Virus record (IMG/VR): IMGVR_UViG_3300042291_001346
Span: 1-61,166 of that record
From: a virus
Taxonomy: Duplodnaviria > Caudoviricetes
Length of the DNA: 61,166 nucleotides
Reading direction: 5' to 3' (one strand)
In this document: piece after piece, positions 1-7,829 of the stretch
How positions within the stretch are numbered: position 1 is the first letter of the stretch
Layout of the letters: the number at the start of each line of letters is the position of its first letter
Notes under the pieces: model-generated
The model's database searches: none
The model's input: the letters and a program-made list of their open reading frames with translations, nothing else
Told to the model about the DNA's origin: nothing
Program-made: the position numbers and the translations under genes

Positions 1-2
1 CT

Positions 3-2228
3 AAATGGTACGATAAGAACTACGAGAAGATAGAAGCTGATGAAGATTTAAAAGCTTATCATGATTATGTTCTTAGAACACTTAATCAATTAAAATATAT
101 CTTACCTCCAAATAAACAAGCTTTAATGGGTGTAGGAGTTCTTCCTACTATGGAAAAAACCATGATGGATATCTTTAACGAGAAAGGTCTTATGATGGGT
201 ATTGTTCCTTTTTGGGACAAACTAAAACAACTACAAACTACTACTGACTTTGCTAAAACAGTATATTCTGATATTGACCCTTTAACAGGTGACATTGCTA
301 AAAATTTACAAGTACAGCATATTGTAGACACTAATGCTCAAGCCAAAGAGCTTGTTAAAGAAATGTCTATTAAGTACAAACAACAGACTGGTAAAACTGC
401 AGGCACAGAAGAGCGTAAACAGTTTAGAGAACAGGCTCTAGATATCTTGTCAAAAGAGAAATCATGGGATGTAAGTAAGATACTAAAAGCTTACTCACTT
501 ACTGTTCTTGCACATAAGCATAAGTCTATTATAGAGCCTCAAATTAAGCTAGCCGAGCGTGCATTTAAATCACGTAAAGAATTAGTAAGCAACAAAGCGG
601 GGCAGCCACAGAATAAACCTAAAGGTGGGGCAGTTACAGAAGAAGGATTAGATAATTATAAAAAAGCTCTAGACTTCTTTTTAGACTCTACTTTTTACGG
701 TGTTGGGTCTAGAAAAGTTGAAGGTGTAACCGATCAAAAGTTATATACTAAAGCTGAAGAAATACGTAAGAAAGAACTAGAGGAATTATTAGCTAATGAG
801 GAAGACCCTGAATCAAGAGAATTCTTACAATCACAAATTAATAATCTAGGAGGTTTCCGTACATTAAGCGGTACTGGGGATGCTGTGTTAAAGCTAATGA
901 CTTTAAAAGGATTAGGGTGGAACTTAGCTTCGGCATTCTCTAATATTGGTTTTGGTACTATTTCTAACTACATTGAAGCAGCTGATGGTCGTCTATATAC
1001 TCTAGAGAATCTTAATAAGGGATACATGCTGACTACTAATTCTATTGGTAGAAATGTTAGTGCAGATGTATTATTTAATGACCCTAATGGTACGGCTACA
1101 AAAATTAGAAGTATAATGGATGATTGGGATATCTTACAAACCTCAGCAAATGAGATGTATGATAATAGCCAAAAATCTAGCTTCTCTAAGCTTAAAAGAT
1201 TTGGTCCATATACTTTACAACAACGTTCAGAGTACGTCAACCAGGCACCAATTATGATTGCTGTATTGCTACAATATAAAGCAAAAAGTCCTAGTGGCGA
1301 AGAAGTATCTTTATGGGATGCATTTGGACCTGATGCAAAATTAAAAGAGGGCTATACTACCGAAGAAGATATCACTGCAATCATCCAAAAAATTCGTAGA
1401 ATTATCGAAATGAACCACGGTGATTACAACAATCAATTGATGGTTAAAGAAACTTTTGCAGGTAGAGCACTTACACAATTTAGAACTTGGATGTTTGAAG
1501 GTTTTGCTAATCGTTTTGAAGCAGAAAGTGAAGATCATTTACTTAGTTACGGATTAGAAGAAACATTTGTGCGTAAAGGTCGTTACCGAAGTTATACTAA
1601 AGGGCAACTTACTACAACAGGTGCTGCTATCGGAACAGCTGTATTACCAGGTATTGGTACTGCAATTGGAGCAGGAATAGGTTATCTGGGTGGTAAATTT
1701 TTTGGTATGCAGACAGGAGATAGCGCCTTACAGGATACACTATACTCTCTGAAGCAATTAGCTCGTAAGCTAATGTTTATGAAAACTACTTACGGTGATA
1801 AATTCAGCAAAGTAGATGCTGCCAACATGCGTAAAAACATGATGGAACTACATATTATGTTAGGTCTTATGGGATTAGCTTTATTATTTAAAGCTATGGC
1901 TGATGATGACGATGATGAGGACATGGTAGCTAACTTCTTACTTAACCAAACTATCAGATTACGTACAGATATCGGATTCTATACTAACCCACTAGAGTTT
2001 GAAAAATTAACTAAAACTGCTGTACCAATGGCAGGCTTAATTCAAGATGTTAGCACTGTTACTAGTGATATCTTTAAATTCTTTAATGATGATACTGATG
2101 ATGATGTATTCGAATCAGGACCATTTAAAGATGATGCTAAATTCTTAGTACATGCTGGAGAATTAATACCAGGAACTGCTCAAGGTATTAGATTATACCG
2201 TATGGGTGAAACAGTATTTGATAAATAG
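3..2228 (+). CDS. C-terminal part of a giant virion cargo/ejection protein (5'-truncated)
   Basis: Frame is open from base 3 (KWYDKNYEK...) through the listed ATG at 126 to TAG at 2228. It has a glycine zipper GAAIGTAVLPGIGTAIGAGIGYLGG and a hydrophobic helix followed by an Asp run. Its position at the end of the late block matches the large ejected proteins of crAss-like phages. Confidence 0.6.
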   Translation, partial: KWYDKNYEKIEADEDLKAYHDYVLRTLNQLKYILPPNKQALMGVGVLPTMEKTMMDIFNEKGLMMGIVPFWDKLKQLQTTTDFAKTVYSDIDPLTGDIAKNLQVQHIVDTNAQAKELVKEMSIKYKQQTGKTAGTEERKQFREQALDILSKEKSWDVSKILKAYSLTVLAHKHKSIIEPQIKLAERAFKSRKELVSNKAGQPQNKPKGGAVTEEGLDNYKKALDFFLDSTFYGVGSRKVEGVTDQKLYTKAEEIRKKELEELLANEEDPESREFLQSQINNLGGFRTLSGTGDAVLKLMTLKGLGWNLASAFSNIGFGTISNYIEAADGRLYTLENLNKGYMLTTNSIGRNVSADVLFNDPNGTATKIRSIMDDWDILQTSANEMYDNSQKSSFSKLKRFGPYTLQQRSEYVNQAPIMIAVLLQYKAKSPSGEEVSLWDAFGPDAKLKEGYTTEEDITAIIQKIRRIIEMNHGDYNNQLMVKETFAGRALTQFRTWMFEGFANRFEAESEDHLLSYGLEETFVRKGRYRSYTKGQLTTTGAAIGTAVLPGIGTAIGAGIGYLGGKFFGMQTGDSALQDTLYSLKQLARKLMFMKTTYGDKFSKVDAANMRKNMMELHIMLGLMGLALLFKAMADDDDDEDMVANFLLNQTIRLRTDIGFYTNPLEFEKLTKTAVPMAGLIQDVSTVTSDIFKFFNDDTDDDVFESGPFKDDAKFLVHAGELIPGTAQGIRLYRMGETVFDK

Positions 2229-2276
2229 GATTTTTTTAATATATTTGCAATTCAGTTGGAATTGAATTTTTTTCTA

Positions 2277-2305
2277 GAGGGGCTATCGAGAGGTAGCCCT
2301 TTTTT
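2277..2305 (+). terminator. Intrinsic terminator ending the late transcript
   Basis: GGGCTATC-GAGA-GGTAGCCC stem followed by a T run, downstream of the 2228 stop. Confidence 0.8.
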
Positions 2306-2520
2306 CAGGTTATACCCTGATAGCGACACCCCCCTAAGTAAGGTTATACCCTGAATAAATAGCACCTATATAGTAAAAGTAGTGTAGGTGTGTCGCATAT
2401 TTAGTAGATATTTGCGACATTTCCGCCACAAATTTGTCCAGTTTATGTGACAAAAAACTGGACATTAATCGGTTTTATTCCGATTATCTGCATGAATTTT
2501 ACCGTTATTTTTTGCCACAC
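2305..2520. repeat. Array of different short palindromes/inverted repeats, cluster 1
   Basis: AGGTTATACCCTGA twice (2307, 2341); CACCTATA..TGTAGGTG (2363-2390); TGTCGCA..TGCGACA (2391-2419); TGTCCAGTTT..AAACTGGACA (2435-2464); TAATCGG..CCGATTA (2466-2486). Confidence 0.8.
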
Positions 2521-2529
2521 TTGTTTAAA

Positions 2530-2778
2530 TTACTGTGATAAAACTATAACAATAATTGCTCCTGTCATATAGCCAAAGCCTGATGCAAATGCCATCTTCC
2601 ATCTTTCTGCCCATGTCTTAGAGTCTATCATGTAACCTACAAATGGTAACCCTAAGAACGGACCAATAAAAGAGAAGAACATCATACCAATAGGATTTGC
2701 TTCAGCAACATTTCGTATGTAGAAAGTGCTACATATCTCTATTATCAGCGTGCTGATAAAAATAATAAAGTATCTCAT
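2530..2778 (-). CDS. Small multi-pass membrane protein
   Basis: 82 aa with about three hydrophobic segments; has its own TAATTTTG box 4 nt upstream of the ATG. Confidence 0.7.
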   Translation of the reverse strand: MRYFIIFISTLIIEICSTFYIRNVAEANPIGMMFFSFIGPFLGLPFVGYMIDSKTWAERWKMAFASGFGYMTGAIIVIVLSQ

Positions 2779-2782
2779 GACT

Positions 2783-2790
2783 CAAAATTA
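2783..2790 (-). promoter_or_regulatory. Bacteroidota -7 promoter box (TAnnTTTG)
   Basis: Minus strand reads TAATTTTG-agtc-ATG. Confidence 0.55.
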
Positions 2791-2880
2791 CAATATAATA
2801 TGATTTCGGCATAATATATTATTCATAAGTGGTCATATAAAGGGTAAAAACATATTATAATGTCCTTTTTAAGTTACATT

Positions 2881-2972
2881 TTACACCTTATCGGGTATAA
2901 ATAATTTAATTTTCTATACATTAGTACCCTATCGGGTATAAAAAAGCTCATATTTTATACATATGAGCTTTT
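2881..2972. repeat. Array of short palindromes, cluster 2
   Basis: TTACACCTTATCGGGTATAA (2881-2900), TACCCTATCGGGTA (2925-2938), AAAAGCTCATA..TATGAGCTTTT (about 2942-2972). Confidence 0.75.
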
Positions 2973-3080
2973 TAATATTTTTCTACCCTAATAAGTTGAT
3001 CACAAGATCCACATCTGTACTCTAAAGTACCTCCTTTAATAGTTACTTTCCATACCTTAGTATGCAAACAAAATAGTTGT

Positions 3081-3494
3081 TTAATTGCTTTCCAAATTCT
3101 TGATTTCATCTTCTGATAATTCTGTGATTTTACAAGTTGCTAAGTTAAAGCCTTTTCTTGTAAGTAGAGTTATCGCAGATAGAGAAGTTCCGTCTCCTTG
3201 TGCAATTTGTTTGCCGATTAGCTCAATAGCATACATCATATCAGCCGCTTTTTCAGGATCAACTTTCCAGATAGCTTTATGATTATGAGTATTTTTAAGA
3301 TTCATCATATTAATAGCTTCTCTTACTTTCTGTCTAATTTTCCCTTGGTCATATACTGTTCCTTCAAGTTCTAATTGGCAATTGAGTACTACTTGAAATG
3401 CTGCTAGCATTATGATGTAAGTAACTGATTCTTCTGACGGTTTAGTTAGATTCTCCATCTTGCTCCTTAATTTTATCTTTGATACTTGCTTCAC
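3081..3494 (-). CDS. Hypothetical protein (start may be MENLTK at 3458)
   Basis: ORF in the tightly packed minus-strand operon. Confidence 0.6.
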   Translation of the reverse strand: MKQVSKIKLRSKMENLTKPSEESVTYIIMLAAFQVVLNCQLELEGTVYDQGKIRQKVREAINMMNLKNTHNHKAIWKVDPEKAADMMYAIELIGKQIAQGDGTSLSAITLLTRKGFNLATCKITELSEDEIKNLESN

Positions 3495-3780
3495 ATAGGA
3501 TTAGATAATTAATTAAATCTCCTATTTTCTCATTCACAGTTTCCTCTTTAGGAAACTTTCCATTGTCCATATCATCGAGCATATCTAAGAAAGACACATG
3601 ATGTTTTAGTGCAAATCCCCAAAGAACTTTCTCTCTAGATTGACCAGATAATTTAGCGCCTCTATTAAAGTTATGTAATGGATCGTTGTTTCTGCGGTAT
3701 TCTTTGCCTTTTATAAGCAAACTTAATCTAATTGCTCGGAGACGACTCTCCAAGACTTCATCAAAATGATTAATCTCCAT
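3442..3780 (-). CDS. Nucleotide-modification-associated domain / all-alpha NTP-PPase-like protein (DUF1599/Nmad1-like)
   Basis: KGKEY..DPLHNF..KH..EKIGDLINYLIL pattern. Confidence 0.65.
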   Translation of the reverse strand: MEINHFDEVLESRLRAIRLSLLIKGKEYRRNNDPLHNFNRGAKLSGQSREKVLWGFALKHHVSFLDMLDDMDNGKFPKEETVNEKIGDLINYLILCEASIKDKIKEQDGESN

Positions 3781-3793
3781 ACTTTTTTAATTT

Positions 3794-4111
3794 TTAAACT
3801 CCTAACAATTCTGTTAGATCCATTGTTTCTACTTCTTCTTCTGTTGCTTCATCAGCAGTAAGTTCCAAAGGCTTAAACCTAAATGTACCAAACGCTGGTT
3901 CTTGTTCTCTTTTTAATAAATGAATGTACACAGGGGGATTTTTAACTTCTTTTAATAAAATTCCTGGTACGATATCATCATTAGGTAATATTGCTCTTAT
4001 AGTATAAATACTTCCTTCCTTAAGCCAGTTAGGATAAGCATAACCTACGTATGCTAGTTTACCTGGTTTTATGGAATCGTCTATACAAACAACACGATCT
4101 CCTACTTTCAT
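3794..4111 (-). CDS. Hypothetical SH3-like protein
   Basis: MKVGDRVVCID N-terminus typical of small phage SH3-fold proteins. Confidence 0.6.
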   Translation of the reverse strand: MKVGDRVVCIDDSIKPGKLAYVGYAYPNWLKEGSIYTIRAILPNDDIVPGILLKEVKNPPVYIHLLKREQEPAFGTFRFKPLELTADEATEEEVETMDLTELLGV

Positions 4112-4280
4112 TTTTTAATTTGTTCATTTGATTAATATACGCTTGAGCACCTTTCTTTGTGTCAAAAAAAGTAATTGTTCCATCTAGAGCTCTCACAAAG
4201 TCTCTTGTAAACCATGATGTTTTATATTGTACAACATACTTTACAACAAATCTTCTGTGATATTCTCTAACTTTATACAT
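4059..4280 (-). CDS. Hypothetical protein
   Basis: ORF in operon; TKKGAQAYIN resembles TKRGAQAYIN in ORF 21836-22024. Confidence 0.6.
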   Translation of the reverse strand: MYKVREYHRRFVVKYVVQYKTSWFTRDFVRALDGTITFFDTKKGAQAYINQMNKLKNESRRSCCLYRRFHKTR

Positions 4281-4282
4281 GG

Positions 4283-4735
4283 CTACAATTTCGGAAATTT
4301 AAATTTATGACTTTTTAATACTTTATGCGTTTCTGCATTATAAGTTATTACCATTCCATTGTTAACTTTCTGAAAAGTATCTATGCCCAGCTCTTTGTAC
4401 TTCTCTTTTGTAATCTTACCGTCTTCCTCGCTGATATCAGCTTTTGACATGTTAGATTCGTAAATTGCTTCAATAGTACTTACAGGATCAACTCCAAACT
4501 CCATCATTGCCCTTACAGTTACCCATAAAAGATCTCCAAGAGCATCCTTAGCATCTTTAATGTCTTTATGGTCTACTGCTTGTACAAGTTCCATAAACTC
4601 TTCGTCAATTAGATCTAAACATAATCTGGTTCTATACTCTTCAGGGAAACTTTCTGTAGTCTTAATTGGCAAGCTAAATGTTTTACTCCAGTTTTCAATC
4701 ATTTCGAAAACATCTTTCTGTTCTTTCTTCTTCAT
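4283..4735 (-). CDS. MazG-like / PRA-PH-family NTP pyrophosphohydrolase
   Basis: LIDEEFMEL..DALGDLLWV acidic motif, plus ESNMSK and KVLKS. Confidence 0.8.
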   Translation of the reverse strand: MKKKEQKDVFEMIENWSKTFSLPIKTTESFPEEYRTRLCLDLIDEEFMELVQAVDHKDIKDAKDALGDLLWVTVRAMMEFGVDPVSTIEAIYESNMSKADISEEDGKITKEKYKELGIDTFQKVNNGMVITYNAETHKVLKSHKFKFPKL

Positions 4736-4968
4736 TCTTCTAAATTTAAGTTATAGTCTTCTAATATTTTTCTTAATTCTTCTCTAAGCATTTCAGATGC
4801 TTCAATTTCTAGTGAAGTAGCTTGTCTACCTTTAAAATGTTCATTTCTAATAACACTTCTAAGTTGTTGATCTAAATTCCACATAGCAATCCTCCATTTG
4901 CTTCCATCTAATGCAGCTTGAAGGTCTTCTCTTTCTTCGTGTCCGTCAAATTCAATTGTTACTTTCAT
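4732..4968 (-). CDS. Hypothetical protein
   Basis: ATGA overlaps with neighbouring genes. Confidence 0.7.
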   Translation of the reverse strand: MKVTIEFDGHEEREDLQAALDGSKWRIAMWNLDQQLRSVIRNEHFKGRQATSLEIEASEMLREELRKILEDYNLNLEE

Positions 4969-5207
4969 ATCATATTGTGTTTAGTAAAATACTCTCCGAC
5001 TTCTCCAAGAGTATCAAATTTAATAATATCAAACTTAAGTTCTTGAAAATTATACTGTACTATGGATTTTTTCTTTACAGCTGATTCAAAATTACATATC
5101 TTACATACCCTGTTTCTTCCAAGGTCTGTCTTCAATGTATAGTGCCTCTTGTTCTCAGTAAAATTATCTAATGATAGCATCCTTTTACATTTAAAGCATT
5201 CTTTCAT
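4965..5207 (-). CDS. Small Zn-ribbon protein
   Basis: CFKC..CKIC; ATGA overlaps. Confidence 0.65.
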   Translation of the reverse strand: MKECFKCKRMLSLDNFTENKRHYTLKTDLGRNRVCKICNFESAVKKKSIVQYNFQELKFDIIKFDTLGEVGEYFTKHNMI

Positions 5208-5575
5208 AACAAATTCTCTATTTTATATTTGTAATAAAAGTCTATCTCTGCTTGAGATAAGCTCTCCCATGTATAAGGCTCCTCTTCTAGCATTTCCTTC
5301 TCAGTCTTAAAATCCCATAAAGTCTTTTTACCTAAGATAAAAGTAGATCTAACTTGTTTTTCTGGTACAGTAGTTCTATACTTAGCGTGAATGTGATCGT
5401 CAAATATTTTTTGAATAACTTCTCTACTAGCTCTATGCTTTGTGATAATTTCTGATAATAGTACTCCATCAATTAAATCTTTTTTAATATCCTCAATGTC
5501 TTGAAGAGTATAATTAATTTTATTGATGCCTTTTTTCCATTTACCAGTTAATTTTATAACCGCTTCCGTCTCCAT
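5204..5575 (-). CDS. Hypothetical protein, possible HTH
   Basis: GVLLSEIITKHRASREVIQKI helix pattern. Confidence 0.55.
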   Translation of the reverse strand: METEAVIKLTGKWKKGINKINYTLQDIEDIKKDLIDGVLLSEIITKHRASREVIQKIFDDHIHAKYRTTVPEKQVRSTFILGKKTLWDFKTEKEMLEEEPYTWESLSQAEIDFYYKYKIENLL

Positions 5576-6239
5576 ACAATTTTTTTATTAAATTATCTGC
5601 TTGTTTAAAATTAGGACAATTCCATTCTCTGTTTTCTTGTGCTGCTACACTTGGGCATTCCCACGTAAACACATGTTGATTAGTAAGTAAGGGAGAAAGT
5701 GCTTTAGCTTCCTCGCCCCATAAAAAGAATATAATCCCAGGATCATGCTGTACAAAAGACCGCAAAAGTGCGGTGGTAAATTGATTCCATGGTCGCAGAT
5801 GACTACCTGTTTCTTCTCCCATTACAGTAAAACTTGTGTGTAGGTGAACAACTCCTTGTGACTCCCAATGATCAAAATCATGATCGCATTGCAAATATAT
5901 CGAACTATCGCCACAATATTCTCTAGCAATGCAATCATAGATCTTGTGATAAGAGATATTGTGCATGCAGTCGATGTAGTTATCAGCATAAGGTAACTTA
6001 AAATTACTTGCGTTAATTCCTGGCTCCTTTGTGAGTATTACTACTCTTATTTTTTCTATGGGAATTTCTTTAAGTTTCTTAAAGATGTTAGACTCATGAG
6101 GATGAATCCTTTGCATAGCATACTGCATTGCTAAGAAGTTCATTAGCTTATCCATATAAGGACTCTTTAATGTTTCCTTCAGCCTCATAGCCCACTCTTC
6201 TCCTAACTTATCAACCCAGTATTGCTTTGTTTTACTCAT
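5541..6239 (-). CDS. Family-1 uracil-DNA glycosylase fold protein with non-canonical active site
   Basis: IRVVILTKEPG vs VKVVILGQDPY; HWESQGVVHLHTSFTV vs WAKQGVLLLNTVLTV; SH..W..FT; FFLWGEEA; CPS vs HPS; NFKQADNLI..INW end. Start placed at ATG 6239, just past the SPL stop. Confidence 0.8.
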   Translation of the reverse strand: MSKTKQYWVDKLGEEWAMRLKETLKSPYMDKLMNFLAMQYAMQRIHPHESNIFKKLKEIPIEKIRVVILTKEPGINASNFKLPYADNYIDCMHNISYHKIYDCIAREYCGDSSIYLQCDHDFDHWESQGVVHLHTSFTVMGEETGSHLRPWNQFTTALLRSFVQHDPGIIFFLWGEEAKALSPLLTNQHVFTWECPSVAAQENREWNCPNFKQADNLIKKLYGDGSGYKINW

Positions 6240-6241
6240 AT

Positions 6242-7105
6242 CTAAAAAATATAACGTATTGTGTTCCAAGGGATTATCTTCCCATGCATTTCTTTAAATT
6301 CTTGAATGTATCTACTTTTTAAGTCCCTACGATATCTAACGTTTTTACCGCCATAAGAAGAAATCTTTCCCTCTTGATTATCAGGGGTCCATAGTAACTC
6401 TTCGCCAGCAATTCCGTTAGCCATATTGTAATGATGTTTCTGTTCATTATGAGTAAGAAAGATAACCTCGGATTTAACGAGTTCCTTGTATTCTACATAT
6501 TGATCCATCATCATAAACAGTTCTTCGTAATCTTCTTGCCATCCGTCGTAAATAACTACAGGTGAATAATTAACATGCACATCGTATCCTGCCTCGATAA
6601 AGGCATCGATTGCTTTAATTCTATCAATAATTTCTGCAGTATTTGGCTCTAAGATACTAGATATTTTTTGAGGCATCAAACTAAATCTAATTCTCACCTT
6701 ATATTTAGGATTAAAATTTAGAAAACTAGTAGGCACAATCTTAGTAGCTAAAGTAGCTTTAGCAACAGGGTGGTCTCTAAAGAATTCAAATATCTTTTCC
6801 CAAGGATAGTACTTAGCGTGAAGAGCAAAGTCCTCATTGCATGCTAAATCATAAGTGATGTAAGTATCATCTGTTTGATTAGGCTTCTCTACATCAGCAT
6901 AAAAGTATGCATGGTTATTAATACTAGTTAGGATATCCCCAATGTTCTTTGCTACAGATAAACCTTCAGGTTTGTGCCTCTTCATATAGCAATATGAGCA
7001 CTGTAGCAAGCAGCCGTAGCCAAATGATGGAGTTATATAGTCACTAGATCTACCAGATTCTCTGATAGTAAAAGTTTTTCTGGTTACTTTTTCTAAAATA
7101 CTCAT
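6242..7105 (-). CDS. splB: Spore photoproduct lyase-like radical SAM enzyme
   Basis: GCLLQCSYCY (CxxxCxxC plus Tyr), YDLACNED (Cys141-equivalent), RIRFSL, DRIKAI, SPVVIYDGWQEDY. True start is likely ATG 7105. Confidence 0.85.
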   Translation of the reverse strand: MSILEKVTRKTFTIRESGRSSDYITPSFGYGCLLQCSYCYMKRHKPEGLSVAKNIGDILTSINNHAYFYADVEKPNQTDDTYITYDLACNEDFALHAKYYPWEKIFEFFRDHPVAKATLATKIVPTSFLNFNPKYKVRIRFSLMPQKISSILEPNTAEIIDRIKAIDAFIEAGYDVHVNYSPVVIYDGWQEDYEELFMMMDQYVEYKELVKSEVIFLTHNEQKHHYNMANGIAGEELLWTPDNQEGKISSYGGKNVRYRRDLKSRYIQEFKEMHGKIIPWNTIRYIF

Positions 7106-7126
7106 AGTGATTAAATTAAATAAATA

Positions 7127-7157
7127 AAAAAAGGAGAGCAGCCTAAGCCACTCTCCT
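7127..7157 (-). terminator. Terminator-like hairpin directly upstream of the SPL gene
   Basis: Minus strand GGAGAGTGG-CTTAGG-CTGCTCTCC followed by a T run. Confidence 0.7.
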
Positions 7158-7195
7158 GTACGGTTTCCCGCCTTCTTTGTAAAAGATTGTAGATG

Positions 7196-7220
7196 AAAAA
7201 AGGGGAGCTTAAAACTCCCC
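7196..7220 (-). terminator. Intrinsic terminator overlapping the stop of ORF 7209-7829
   Basis: GGGGAG-TTTTAAG-CTCCCC followed by a T run. Confidence 0.75.
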
Positions 7221-7829
7221 TGTTGGTGATAATTCTTTTTTTGTCGTAATCCTAGACATGATAGAATCATTCAATTCTTCATTTTCCGACTCGATAATTG
7301 GCCATACTTCTTGATCTTTTAGTTCTGCTGGGGATCCAGGTGTACTTAACCTTTCTTCCCAACTGTTTTTGAGTGCCTCTGCTTTATTCAAAATCAACGG
7401 TAAGGTAAATGCTTTACCAGAAAAGAAATTATTCAGTAGAATAGCTTTCTTTGCTTCCGCACTTACTTCAGAATATTTACCGTTTTTGATTAAATTAAAA
7501 TCTTTTTGGCGTTTCTCAGGAACATTAAAGATAAAGATGCAACAGCCTTGACTATCATAATCATCTACATAATTTGGAAATGCTTGAAGAGTTGTATAAA
7601 ATCTATCATAATCTACATCTTGATAATTTTTAACCACTATAAACACATAGTCTACATCTGCTTCATTGTACTTGTTAATACATTTATTCTTGCTGAAAGC
7701 ATTTATAAATCTATTATTAATCTTAGTACGTCCGAATACATCTTTGATATTACAATCAAAGAGTGACTTAGGTATGTTTAATAGTGGAAAAAGAAAAGTT
7801 GCAGTTTTGGTAAATTTTAGTTGACTCAT
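7209..7829 (-). CDS. Hypothetical phage protein
   Basis: 206 aa ORF, ATGA-coupled to the nuclease gene. Confidence 0.75.
   Translation of the reverse strand: MSQLKFTKTATFLFPLLNIPKSLFDCNIKDVFGRTKINNRFINAFSKNKCINKYNEADVDYVFIVVKNYQDVDYDRFYTTLQAFPNYVDDYDSQGCCIFIFNVPEKRQKDFNLIKNGKYSEVSAEAKKAILLNNFFSGKAFTLPLILNKAEALKNSWEERLSTPGSPAELKDQEVWPIIESENEELNDSIMSRITTKKELSPTGEF

Noticed and set aside
2335-2466. 43-codon minus-strand ORF MSSFLSHKLDK..
   Set aside because: It consists entirely of the palindromes and is probably incidental; not excluded
2305-2520. CRISPR array or integron attC cassettes
   Set aside because: The units differ from each other, there is no constant repeat-spacer period, and no cas or integrase gene is in the window
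7106-7270. 55 aa N-terminal extension of SPL in the ORF track
   Set aside because: Crosses two terminators and the upstream gene; ATG 7105 is the more plausible start
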